IMG/VR virus record: IMGVR_UViG_3300004883_000001
Span: 1-50,469 of that record
DNA length: 50,469 bases
From: a virus
Strand: one strand, 5' to 3'
This document shows positions 8,567 through 17,050 of the stretch, in pieces. Both the position numbers and the translations under genes were made by a program. Numbering within the stretch: position 1 is the first letter of the stretch; every line of letters begins with the position of its first letter. The notes beneath the pieces were generated by a model that was given only the letters and a program-made list of their open reading frames with translations, did no database searches and was not told the DNA's origin.

Positions 8567-9112
8567 TTACTGTGTGTTGAGAGAGTACTCAACCATAATC
8601 TGGACACGACCTGCTGTGAAGTCGCCTGTACCAGTAAGACCAATGGTCACTGGGTCGGCGCCTACAGAGGAAGTGGCTGGTACGGTAAGGGTACCAGCAC
8701 CTACTACTCGCTTACCAATCTGGTCAACGTCAGCAACGGCGAAGGTCGCAAGACCGGCCGCATCAACTGCTGTACCGTCGAACTGGAAGATACCAACATC
8801 TACGCTAGTACCGCCGACAGCGGCCTCGCGAGTGAAGATTTCTACAGATTTGATAGAAGCGTTGGCAGGAATGTAGATGTTGTTCGACAAGAAGCCGTCA
8901 ACAGTACCGTCGTTATCGCGGTCTACATTGAAGTTTGGAGTTCCGTCAGGAAGAGTGGAAAGCTCAAGCTCGTATTCAACGAACTCGCCGCCACCAATTG
9001 TATTCAACTTACCTGTGGACTGGGCACGGTTTTGTTGCCGTGTAACCCAGTACTTAGGGCGTTTGAACTCAATACCTTCGGGGCTAACATAAACGTCACG
9101 TGATGTGGTCAT
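8567..9112 (-). CDS. Hypothetical beta-rich virion protein downstream of the capsid gene
   Basis: 181 aa with plausible Gly/Thr/Val-rich composition, 18 nt after the capsid stop. The competing + strand ORF 8522..9103 is Cys/Trp-rich and looks like a shadow. Confidence 0.55.
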   Translation of the reverse strand: MTTSRDVYVSPEGIEFKRPKYWVTRQQNRAQSTGKLNTIGGGEFVEYELELSTLPDGTPNFNVDRDNDGTVDGFLSNNIYIPANASIKSVEIFTREAAVGGTSVDVGIFQFDGTAVDAAGLATFAVADVDQIGKRVVGAGTLTVPATSSVGADPVTIGLTGTGDFTAGRVQIMVEYSLNTQ

Positions 9113-9130
9113 TATTTAGTTCCTACTCAA

Positions 9131-10135
9131 TTAAAGGTTAGGGTCGTCAGACAGAGTATCTGTCAATACAGTGACAAGGTTGTGACGGTTCTGAGGAGCC
9201 GCACCGTAGCGTGCAGTAACGACGTACTCTTCGCGTTGGTAATCCTTGTTATAGTCGCCGTCTACCTTAGGTGGCTGACGCCAAGCTGCGATGAACGGAG
9301 AGTAGCCTTGCTCAGCAGAGAACATGATGTTCGCTGTAGCGTTCTCGCCAACTGAAACACCGCCGATAGTTTCAACAGAACCGTCGGAGTTAGTGCCAGC
9401 GAATGGTAGGAACTCAGTGCAGTAGATGTCGAAGCCGAAGATGTTACGGATGAAGCGCTTACCAGTCGTGAGACCCTGTGTGACGATACCTTCGAAGCGA
9501 GGGTTGTCAGAGAAGTTCACGAGGTTGGTTGCTGTTTCGAGGACGAAAGCTGTATCAGCATCGACGAAAGCTACGCGGTTATTAGTTGGGACACCAATCT
9601 TAGACAGTGAAAGGTTCGCCTTAGCGAAGTCTTCAACAGCCATAACACGTTTAGTTCCGCGAGTGTCACCGCCAACAAATCGATGGGCATAACCAGCAAT
9701 CATGTTAGGGTCGTCTGCGAGTTGAGCATGAGGGCGACCGCCTGCAACAGGTTGACCTTGCTTAAAGAGGTAAGCTTCTAGGTCGTTCTGGATAGCACGG
9801 TTGGCTTTAGGTACGATAGCAGCTTCAAGACGTGCAGCATATGCAAGGTCTTGGCGGGCTTTGTTCGTGATGTAACCACCAGACTGAACGTACTCAGTGA
9901 TTTCAAACTTGAACTGGCCAGAGTCGATAGGCATGTACTTAACAGCTTCGTCTTCCTTGTAGCTGTTGATGTCCATGTCGCCGATTACGGGACGGATGAA
10001 TTCGTCACCGTGCGGGAAATCGACCCACTCGACCCACGAGTTAAGCATCGTTTCGTCCATCACCATGTCCATTAGTTCCTGTGACCAGAACTCGGCTTTG
10101 ATGAGGGCCTGATGCTGTGGAGTAGTATTACTCAT
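9131..10135 (-). CDS. Major capsid protein
   Basis: 334 aa. It comes directly after the scaffold-like gene in the portal-scaffold-capsid order, and its size is typical of T7-supergroup HK97-fold capsid proteins. Confidence 0.75.
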   Translation of the reverse strand: MSNTTPQHQALIKAEFWSQELMDMVMDETMLNSWVEWVDFPHGDEFIRPVIGDMDINSYKEDEAVKYMPIDSGQFKFEITEYVQSGGYITNKARQDLAYAARLEAAIVPKANRAIQNDLEAYLFKQGQPVAGGRPHAQLADDPNMIAGYAHRFVGGDTRGTKRVMAVEDFAKANLSLSKIGVPTNNRVAFVDADTAFVLETATNLVNFSDNPRFEGIVTQGLTTGKRFIRNIFGFDIYCTEFLPFAGTNSDGSVETIGGVSVGENATANIMFSAEQGYSPFIAAWRQPPKVDGDYNKDYQREEYVVTARYGAAPQNRHNLVTVLTDTLSDDPNL

Positions 10136-10159
10136 TGTTTTACCTTATATAGTAAATGG

Positions 10160-10933
10160 TTAAACACGCTCGTAAAACTTATCAGGATTATCAGAAAGGT
10201 CCTTCATAAGCTGTGGATATAGCCGCTGATACTGTTTAGGGTCCGAAGCTTTAAGCTCTCGGTACCATCGGGCAGTACGGGGTTGGGCTGGACCGTTAGG
10301 CGTGTTCTTCGAAAGAGAGGTAGCATTGATGTCTTTAGGGACATTAAGCGGCCTCGATACGTTAGAGGATGAAGCTCCCATGACTGACAAGAAGCCGTCA
10401 GGAGAAGATGATGCAAGCTCTTTTAAGAAGGTTACACCGACACCAAGTTCAGCAGCTTTAGCAGCTACGGCTTGATTTGTTGCTTCACGTGAACCGTACT
10501 TTCCGTCAAGAGCTGAAACAGCCTTGTTAAAGTTCGATTCGGTTTGTCGTCTCGCTCGGTCTTCGGAAACGTACTTTGCGACCAATTCCTCTAAGTCCTG
10601 CTCTTTAGGGGCCTCTACTGGAGCGGTCGGCTCAACTGGAGGCGTAAGTCCATTTTGAATAGAAGGAGGGGATTGTTCTGTTTTAGCGTCAATTGCAGCT
10701 AGGATTTGTTCTACCGTTTTCTGCTCAGCGGACTGTGCATCAAAAGCGGCTTGGCGTTCTCTCGCCTCTTGCTCTAGTTTTTCAATGTGACGTTGAGAGT
10801 GATAAAGAGCTTTAGCAGCGTCTTCGGCAGTCTCGTACTTCTTACCTTGGCCAACTAAGGCCTCCGTGAAGTTTTCAGGTTCAACGGGCGGTGTGTTAGT
10901 CGGATTCGCTGGTGCGAAGTTTTGCTCGGACAT
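10160..10933 (-). CDS. Scaffolding protein
   Basis: 257 aa, Ala/Glu/Gln/Pro-rich with predicted helical low complexity, located between portal and capsid. Confidence 0.65.
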   Translation of the reverse strand: MSEQNFAPANPTNTPPVEPENFTEALVGQGKKYETAEDAAKALYHSQRHIEKLEQEARERQAAFDAQSAEQKTVEQILAAIDAKTEQSPPSIQNGLTPPVEPTAPVEAPKEQDLEELVAKYVSEDRARRQTESNFNKAVSALDGKYGSREATNQAVAAKAAELGVGVTFLKELASSSPDGFLSVMGASSSNVSRPLNVPKDINATSLSKNTPNGPAQPRTARWYRELKASDPKQYQRLYPQLMKDLSDNPDKFYERV

Positions 10934-11228
10934 CGGTCAATGCCTTTCTTTTGGTTTTTGTGAGGGCTCGGTCTTCCTCGGCGGTGTCGAGTATACCTAA
11001 AAGCTTCTCGTATGCCGCCTGTTGTCCCTCTAGGTAGGCCTTTTCATAGGCCCAGGAAGGGGAGTTGTAGTCTGATTTCCCTACGGAAAGAGAGTCTACG
11101 TATATATTATACACTAAATTCGATACAATGTCAAGTGTTTTTTTCGCATTTTTGATATTTTGTTTAGCGTCGAGCCTCTCCTGCTCGTCTAAACCCTTAA
11201 ACCACAGGTTGTTGAGTCCCATTGGCAT
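10896..11228 (-). CDS. Hypothetical protein between portal and scaffold
   Basis: 110 aa, tightly packed with overlaps on both neighbours. Confidence 0.5.
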   Translation of the reverse strand: MPMGLNNLWFKGLDEQERLDAKQNIKNAKKTLDIVSNLVYNIYVDSLSVGKSDYNSPSWAYEKAYLEGQQAAYEKLLGILDTAEEDRALTKTKRKALTDVRAKLRTSESD

Positions 11229-13011
11229 CTCCTTCTGGGTTCAAGTTCTCAGGGTTCCTAGCTGAGTTCTCCTCAGCTACGACCTGTTGTGCAGCTTGCA
11301 TCTGTTGTTCGGACTCTAATGCTTCCGTGATACCGATATTCTTCTGTACCAGATTGAAACGCTCAACACCGACCACCTGTTCAAGGAGTTTGGCTGTTTT
11401 GTAGCCACTCCAGTGGTTCTTAATGCCAGGGTCTTGTAGAAGCGGAGAGGAGGCGAGCTGAGTGATGTTCTGGAGCATGTTAGCATCACGTTGGAAGTGT
11501 CGTGACCCAATCGGATAAAGCTTGCCAGAGGCCTTTAAATCAGCTTCTGTGATGTTCAAGAACTCTACAGCGCCTGTGTCGTCGTCAGCTACTCGAATGA
11601 GGTCAGAGACGTTCATGTTCTCACGGGCGGAGATTAACATGGCATTCAAGAGAGGCTCAAGGAAAGTCTCTTCGAAGTGGGCAGTCTTGTTGATAAACAC
11701 TCGGTTAGCACCGTTCTCTAGGACTTGGACCTCATATTTGGTCTTCTCTCCTGGGGTACGGAAACCAGCAGCCTGTCTAGGGGCTCCTGCCATCTCTTCC
11801 ATCTTCTGTTCGTACAGAGCGATTTGAGTATCAGCGTTCAACATCGTCACATCAGGACGCATGAACTCGACATCGCCTTCATCGCCTACGTAGATACGTT
11901 CTCCTGGGGTATAGTTATACTCCTCGACATATCCTGTAACCTTCTGGATGGGATGGATAATCAGGTCAAATGCATCTGCCTTTGCATTCTCCAAATGGTC
12001 AATCCGATATTGAAGACCAACGAGGTTGTCAAGAGGCCCCATAGCCATGAGGTTATCAGGCCGAATTCTCCAGCCTGTGTGATAAATAGGTGTGTCGTGA
12101 TGCCAACCAGGCTGAGGCTCATTACGAAGGACATAATGTCTGTCAACAACGGTAACTGCACGGTTGGTTTCGATTTTACCTGTCTGGTAGTTGTAAATAT
12201 CGCCATAAAATTCAAGTATTTCTACGTAGTCGGAGTTAAAGTAATTGTACCAAGATGTAAACCCTGGGATTGAGAAGCTGGTGTCCTTGACGAAGTCGCC
12301 TTGGTTGTAGCCTTTAAAAGCTCCTCGTGTGTCCATCATCTTCTTAAAGATGGGTTCAAGGTATGCTTTATCTGGCCTGCTGTCGATATACTTCCTCAGA
12401 GACCCGATTGTGTTGAGTGAGCGGATAATCTTACCAGAGGAGCTGAAATCACTAGCAGCCACGTTGAATACGATGTCGTTAGGTGAAATCCTTACAAGCT
12501 TAGGTCCGACGTATGCGGTCTCCATCTGACCTGTTTCAGGGTTCTCTCTCTGCTCGTAGACACTTTCCACTGTGGCAAAGCAGTTACCGTAGTCAATATA
12601 GTCTAGAACGAGCTGAGACACGGTTGTAGTGTACTTACCCATTCTAAGCTTGTTGTGCATATAGGACTCGATAATAGCCCTCTTATCGGCCGTCTGAGAG
12701 CCATCGTCGCTACCTTCCCACTTATAAGGCCTATCAGTCGAGAATAACGCTGCCATGTAGTTGGCATGGAGGTTATCGCGTACCTGACAGATTTTAGGGA
12801 TATGCGTCGAGTTCTTCCACGGCAGGTCGCTATTAGCGGTCCCACTCGTGTCTGTGGCGAAGATATACTCTAGAATCTCCTTACGGTCAGTCATCCACTT
12901 AGTCTGGAATGATTGCCACTCGGTGAACTGGTTGGCCACCATAGATGCTACGTCATCAGGGTCTCCCATGATGCTGTATAGTGTTAAGTTGCCTGTAGTG
13001 TTTTGTACCAT
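11197..13011 (-). CDS. Portal (head-tail connector) protein
   Basis: 604 aa, starting 4 nt after the large terminase stop. Size, position and acidic C-terminus fit a T7 gp8-type portal. Confidence 0.8.
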   Translation of the reverse strand: MVQNTTGNLTLYSIMGDPDDVASMVANQFTEWQSFQTKWMTDRKEILEYIFATDTSGTANSDLPWKNSTHIPKICQVRDNLHANYMAALFSTDRPYKWEGSDDGSQTADKRAIIESYMHNKLRMGKYTTTVSQLVLDYIDYGNCFATVESVYEQRENPETGQMETAYVGPKLVRISPNDIVFNVAASDFSSSGKIIRSLNTIGSLRKYIDSRPDKAYLEPIFKKMMDTRGAFKGYNQGDFVKDTSFSIPGFTSWYNYFNSDYVEILEFYGDIYNYQTGKIETNRAVTVVDRHYVLRNEPQPGWHHDTPIYHTGWRIRPDNLMAMGPLDNLVGLQYRIDHLENAKADAFDLIIHPIQKVTGYVEEYNYTPGERIYVGDEGDVEFMRPDVTMLNADTQIALYEQKMEEMAGAPRQAAGFRTPGEKTKYEVQVLENGANRVFINKTAHFEETFLEPLLNAMLISARENMNVSDLIRVADDDTGAVEFLNITEADLKASGKLYPIGSRHFQRDANMLQNITQLASSPLLQDPGIKNHWSGYKTAKLLEQVVGVERFNLVQKNIGITEALESEQQMQAAQQVVAEENSARNPENLNPEGDANGTQQPVV

Positions 13012-13014
13012 GGT

Positions 13015-14604
13015 TTATCCTGCGATGCCGCCGAAACGGGGGTGGGCTTTAATGTGAGTTACTTTTCCTACGCCTCTACGACTCTGACGACCTATAGGAG
13101 GCTGTGCGTGTTCTACGGCTGTAGCTAACGCATCTTTCAAGTCATCATGGGGAGGGAACTGGAGTATCAGCTCCTCCTCTAATGTCTGACAGTTACCGCC
13201 TCGGTAGTGCCACATGGACATGTTCTGGTAGGCGGGTTCGAGAAGAGCTTGTAGACGCTCCTCTTTTGACCCCTGATGCTTGGTAGGTTTGTAATCGACC
13301 ACAGATAGGTTCAAACCGTAGGGCTTGATGTAGTCGGACTTGAGAGACTCTACAATGGCCTTCTGAGCCCCTGTAACCTCTGCAATAAGCTTCCTGAACC
13401 GCCACTTGTTGTACAGGTTGAGGATTCGGTCAAAGTACTCACTAATCTTAGTGGTACGGAACCGTTCGATGTCGAGGACGTATTTGTTCCTGTCAGCGTC
13501 GATACCTAGTACGATGATGGCCGTATAGTCAGATTTCTGGTTTAAACTGTACGCAAAATCCACTGACGCAACAAGGTTGATTTGACGGGCTTGGCCGACC
13601 ATACTGAGCCCATGTTCAGTACGGGTCTGCTGCTTGATGTACCACTTACCGTTTTCTTGAAATAGATGCCTACGTTCGTAGTATTGGAATAGTTCTCGGC
13701 CCACTGGAGCGTTTGTGGTGTCATTCGGGTCGTTGTAGTACTGAGCTCGGAATTGGGTCTTGTCGAGGTATTTACCGCGTTTCTTTGCAAGAATGGCACG
13801 GTCAAAACCGAACCACGCTCCATCGCTACGTTGCTGACGCGGCCAAAGGAACTCGCCAGTCCCATCACCAATGTTTTCAACTTGTCTCTGAAATACTTCA
13901 TAAATAGCTTCCTGTCCTATAATATCGCCGTCATCGTTATACAGGTCTTCCTGCATGTTTAACATTTCGTTGTAAAGGTCTAATGGGTGGTATCGGGTGC
14001 CTACAGCAAGCTCACGGCCCTCAGCTCCCTGAATCGAGGCGAGGAGAGAATACTGAGACATAACCTTAGCACGTCCTTCCTCTGTCTGTGCATTCTCAGC
14101 GACCACAACATCGTCGAGAACAATGAGGTCACAATGAAGGCCAGTAATAGAAGTAGTAAGACCACCAGTAAAGACAGTAGAGTCGCGAACACCTTCATGC
14201 TTACGCTTAGGATGGTCCACACAAATCTCTCCGTTGGTCCACTTTTCCCGTTTTGATACCTCTTTATTGACCATTTCAGGCCAGTACATACGGTATTTGT
14301 CAGATGAGAGAATGTTTTTGATAAAGCCAAGCTGCTTCTCCGCTAAGCCAGATGTGGCTGATATGTATAGCACACGGATGGCAGGGTTCTTTGTAATCTC
14401 CCAACAGACCTTAAAGGCCGCGTAGCGGCTCTTAGCGTGGTCACGGGGGAGAAGTACCAGTTGATTGTCCTTATGCCCCTCACGAGTAAGCCACGTACAC
14501 AGTTCAACGTGTACATGGCCCATTACATTGTTGGGGACTACAAGCCTCACAAAGGTCTCGAAGTTGGCCTCAGCGGCCTCCCTGATTTGTTCTCTACTTG
14601 CCAT
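13015..14604 (-). CDS. terL: Terminase large subunit
   Basis: 529 aa with LVLLPRDHAKS (Walker A-like) and CDLIVLDD (Walker B), followed by a C-terminal nuclease-type region. It lies upstream of the portal. Confidence 0.9.
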   Translation of the reverse strand: MASREQIREAAEANFETFVRLVVPNNVMGHVHVELCTWLTREGHKDNQLVLLPRDHAKSRYAAFKVCWEITKNPAIRVLYISATSGLAEKQLGFIKNILSSDKYRMYWPEMVNKEVSKREKWTNGEICVDHPKRKHEGVRDSTVFTGGLTTSITGLHCDLIVLDDVVVAENAQTEEGRAKVMSQYSLLASIQGAEGRELAVGTRYHPLDLYNEMLNMQEDLYNDDGDIIGQEAIYEVFQRQVENIGDGTGEFLWPRQQRSDGAWFGFDRAILAKKRGKYLDKTQFRAQYYNDPNDTTNAPVGRELFQYYERRHLFQENGKWYIKQQTRTEHGLSMVGQARQINLVASVDFAYSLNQKSDYTAIIVLGIDADRNKYVLDIERFRTTKISEYFDRILNLYNKWRFRKLIAEVTGAQKAIVESLKSDYIKPYGLNLSVVDYKPTKHQGSKEERLQALLEPAYQNMSMWHYRGGNCQTLEEELILQFPPHDDLKDALATAVEHAQPPIGRQSRRGVGKVTHIKAHPRFGGIAG

Positions 14605-14890
14605 TCGGCTTACGTTTCCTAGCAGATTTGGTACGTTTTAAGCTTCGGTTCTTCGATTTGCTCGTGACAGCCCGATTAGAAGCCTTGTTGTTCTTCGGGT
14701 TACCATCCTTGTGATGCACGTCCTTACCGTCACCTTTACGGGACTTACCTTCCTTGATGGAGAGGCGTCTTGCTTTGTTCCTGGCCGCCCTACGTTTCTT
14801 CTGCTCAGGCTTGGCGTTATACTTCTTCTGAGCCCGTTTACGTGCGGCTGTGTTCTTCTGAGTAGTCTTTTTCTTCTTCTTAGCGGGCAT
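14594..14890 (-). CDS. Highly basic 98-aa protein with an HNH_3-like core motif
   Basis: Lys/Arg are about 40 percent of residues. DVHHKDGNPKNNKASNRAVTSKSKN matches the HNH pattern HH-DGN-NN-SN-R-VT-K-N. It overlaps the TerL start by 11 nt. Confidence 0.55.
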   Translation of the reverse strand: MPAKKKKKTTQKNTAARKRAQKKYNAKPEQKKRRAARNKARRLSIKEGKSRKGDGKDVHHKDGNPKNNKASNRAVTSKSKNRSLKRTKSARKRKPNGK

Positions 14891-15116
14891 GTGGGATGAT
14901 TTCCTTTATAGATGATACTGGGTTACAAGACGCCTTGATTGTGTCAGGGAGGTATCCCCCGAAGTCGTCACCAAGGTCTTGACTGGACATTTTGTTCTGA
15001 GTATCCCCTATACACTCATGTAGGCTGGTATACTCGTAAGGGACGAAGTAGGTCTTGCAGGAGTAGAGCTCAAAGTTTAGACAGACCTCTATTAGCATGA
15101 ACCACGAGTCAAGCAC
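14880..15116 (-). CDS. Hypothetical protein
   Basis: 78 aa. It fills the gap exactly, overlapping both neighbours by 8-11 nt. No motif recognised. Confidence 0.35.
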   Translation of the reverse strand: MLDSWFMLIEVCLNFELYSCKTYFVPYEYTSLHECIGDTQNKMSSQDLGDDFGGYLPDTIKASCNPVSSIKEIIPHAR

Positions 15117-15669
15117 CTTTACCGCCGTCTACTATCTTGAGACCTATACGCTCTGCATCGTCTGTGAGTACTGACCTCTTCCTGGTCTCTCGTTTGAGGT
15201 TAGCGGCCACTTCCTTTTTAGAAGGTCGGCCTCGGTTGGACTTCTTCTCCCATCCCTGCTCAGCAAGATACTTGGCAGCAGAGAGGCGTGTTCCTTCGGA
15301 GGCGTCCTCGTTGAGGAGTAGTTGTGTTACCACGTTGATGGCGCGGGCTTTCAGTTTGGTCTCAATTTCTTCACGCCACTCAGTAAGCTCCTCTTGGAAC
15401 CATGTCGCGTCTTCGAACCGTTTGAAGTGTTCGTAGGACTCTAAGTAGGTAGTAGCCCACTTATAGCCTGTGGGGTCTTCTAGTTCGACGAAGGTGGACC
15501 TAGCATCTATAAGATTCTTGCCAGTGACCTCATTTACTAGAGTCCTGCCCTTAAGACTGAACAGTGCTTGATTTAGGTCTTTCTTAAAAGAGACAGCTCG
15601 TTCATAAAAAAGGGACACTGTAAGTAAGTGGCCGTTAGACCTGAATCTAGAGTTCTTAATAATACTCAT
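15109..15669 (-). CDS. First gene of the leftward operon; small-terminase / DNA-binding candidate
   Basis: 186 aa. Its position is upstream of HNH and TerL. TRLSAAKYLAEQGW...NRGRPSKKE resembles small-terminase helix motifs. This is a weak assignment. Confidence 0.5.
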   Translation of the reverse strand: MSIIKNSRFRSNGHLLTVSLFYERAVSFKKDLNQALFSLKGRTLVNEVTGKNLIDARSTFVELEDPTGYKWATTYLESYEHFKRFEDATWFQEELTEWREEIETKLKARAINVVTQLLLNEDASEGTRLSAAKYLAEQGWEKKSNRGRPSKKEVAANLKRETRKRSVLTDDAERIGLKIVDGGKGA

Positions 15670-15691
15670 GCGCTAGCGACCTATTTTAGAG

Positions 15692-15720
15692 TTGACCAAA
15701 AAAAATACTATATATATAAG
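15692..15720 (+). promoter_or_regulatory. Rightward sigma70-like promoter candidate (TTGACC-N17-TATAAG)
   Basis: -35 TTGACC at 15692-97 and -10 TATAAG at 15715-20 (alternatively TATATA with N15), in an AT-rich tract just outside the first leftward gene. Confidence 0.35.
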
Positions 15721-15766
15721 ATTTTAAAAAAGACACGTATAGTACTTTAAAGTTTATATGTGCTTT

Positions 15767-15796
15767 AAGAGAAGGAGAAAGAAGGAAAGAGGAAAA
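15767..15796. repeat. 30-nt uninterrupted polypurine/polypyrimidine tract
   Basis: aagagaaggagaaagaaggaaagaggaaaa is purine-only on the + strand. It lies between the two facing promoters. Confidence 0.9.
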
Positions 15797-15836
15797 TAGT
15801 AATCTTTAAAAGAAATGTTTAAGAACTTATATAAGT

Positions 15837-15865
15837 ATTATAACAGACTTTTATTGGTTTGTCAA
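15837..15865 (-). promoter_or_regulatory. Perfect consensus sigma70 promoter pointing left into the packaging/structural operon
   Basis: The minus strand reads TTGACA-aaccaataaaagtctgt-TATAAT (12/12 match, 17-nt spacer). About 0.006 such matches are expected in 100 kb of sequence. Confidence 0.7.
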
Positions 15866-16073
15866 GAAGAAAATGAAGAAACCCGCGAAAAAACTGCAGA
15901 AAGTCCATGAAAGCGCCGCACACATATCGCTTCTCGATAAATCCTAGGTCAATCTTGTGTGTGTCTTGTCGGGCTTCTGAGAGTTCCGCATGTTGGATGG
16001 TTGGGAATTTCTGTGAGTAATTTTTTGGGCATCTGATTCATAGAAGAAAGGTACCCCCACACCCCCTTATGGC

Positions 16074-16097
16074 CCCCAGTGAAGTCTTCCCCAGTGA
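16074..16097 (+). repeat. Direct repeat CCCCAGTGA x2 (15-bp period)
   Basis: Copies at 16074-82 and 16089-97, preceded by ACCCCCACACCCCC (16053-66). Confidence 0.85.
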
Positions 16098-16137
16098 TTT
16101 ATTTGGGTTCTTTGGGGTTTTATTTGTGTGAGACCCC

Positions 16138-16156
16138 TGAATACTCCGTGAATACT
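16138..16156 (+). repeat. Direct repeat TGAATACT x2 (11-bp period), abutting an extended -10-like TGTATAAAT
   Basis: Copies at 16138-45 and 16149-56; TGtATAAAT at 16156-64. Confidence 0.8.
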
Positions 16157-16218
16157 GTATAAATCATTGTTATTACTTGTTGAAGACCTTGTTTAAGGGG
16201 CGGTGTGTGTGTCACGTA

Positions 16219-16246
16219 GTGACGCGGCATTATATATATATATAAT
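16219..16246 (+). promoter_or_regulatory. Rightward sigma70-like promoter candidate (GTGACG-N16-TATAAT) inside a (TA)n palindrome
   Basis: -10 TATAAT at 16241-46 sits within attatatatatatataat. The -35 overlaps the inverted repeat GTCACgtaGTGAC (16211-23). Confidence 0.3.
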
Positions 16247-16635
16247 CAACCTTACTATTACATGTAGTTTTGTTAATGTTCGAAGAAAAACTGTTATTTA
16301 TCGTTTATCAATATGGACAATCTCAATCCCTTCCCTTATGTTTCAAATCATCGGGAAAGACGGTATGCCTTGAGTGGCCTAAGTCTCACCTGATAACCAA
16401 ATCGCGAAAGCTAGCCGCATAGGCCGTGGACGTGCGACCCGCTAGGGGTGTTGTACAAATTCTAGATGTGGTGAGGACCACGCCCGATTTTACGGGGACG
16501 CATAACATTTATGTTTATGCGGCTGATGAACAGAAACCGACGTGCCTGCCCCGCTTTATAAAAGCACCATACCCCATCAGGGGAGATAGCAAGAGTATGG
16601 TCTAGCTTCGACCGTGGTGTTAGTCACTAAAGCGG

Positions 16636-16670
16636 ATTGACTGCCGACTGTAAAAAGTCATTGACTGCCG
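16636..16670 (+). repeat. Direct repeat ATTGACTGCCG x2 (24-bp period) flanking the small palindrome GACTgtaaaaAGTC
   Basis: Copies at 16636-46 and 16660-70. The second copy ends 2 nt before 11-mer copy 1. Confidence 0.85.
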
Positions 16671-16672
16671 TT

Positions 16673-16683
16673 TAATCTATCAT
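16673..16683 (+). promoter_or_regulatory. 11-mer TAATCTATCAT, copy 1
   Basis: Exact match, 47 nt upstream of ATG 16730. Confidence 0.6.
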
Positions 16684-16729
16684 TAGGTTGAACACGTAAC
16701 TTGAACTGATAAACCGAGGGCTTAGGCTA

Positions 16730-17050
16730 ATGGCCAGACCGAATAAAAGAATACGCCAAGCAAGGGCAAAAGCACGTAGTAGGCGCATGAATGAGGCCGC
16801 CACACGTCACGCCAACGCAGAGGCTATTCCTAACGTGAGGTCCAATGTGTCATCATGGCCAAGAGTGCCAAAGTTTGGCGGTGTAGGTTATACAAGCGGG
16901 GGCGATAGTGCCAGCTTTGGGCAACGTGACATGAATGTCATTGCGGCTAAACGTCTGGACTATGCAGACCCGTCACTATTGGCTTATGGCAAACTTTCGC
17001 CAGAGCTGAGAAAAATAGTTGACAAGAAACGCGAAAGCGTAGTAAGTTAG
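16730..17050 (+). CDS. Hypothetical basic early protein
   Basis: 106 aa with an Arg/Lys-rich N-terminus; GAGGG lies about 12 nt upstream. It is the only ORF of at least 60 aa in the 2.3-kb control region, so it may not be real. Confidence 0.4.
   Translation: MARPNKRIRQARAKARSRRMNEAATRHANAEAIPNVRSNVSSWPRVPKFGGVGYTSGGDSASFGQRDMNVIAAKRLDYADPSLLAYGKLSPELRKIVDKKRESVVS

Noticed and set aside
8522-9103. + strand 193-aa ORF competing with minus-strand ORF 8567..9112
   Set aside because: Its translation is Cys/Trp/Arg-rich and it opposes the direction of the whole structural operon. The minus-strand product looks like a normal beta-rich virion protein and is correctly spaced after the capsid gene.
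11725-12273. + strand 182-aa ORF inside the portal gene
   Set aside because: It is antisense to the 604-aa portal ORF, making it a shadow ORF.
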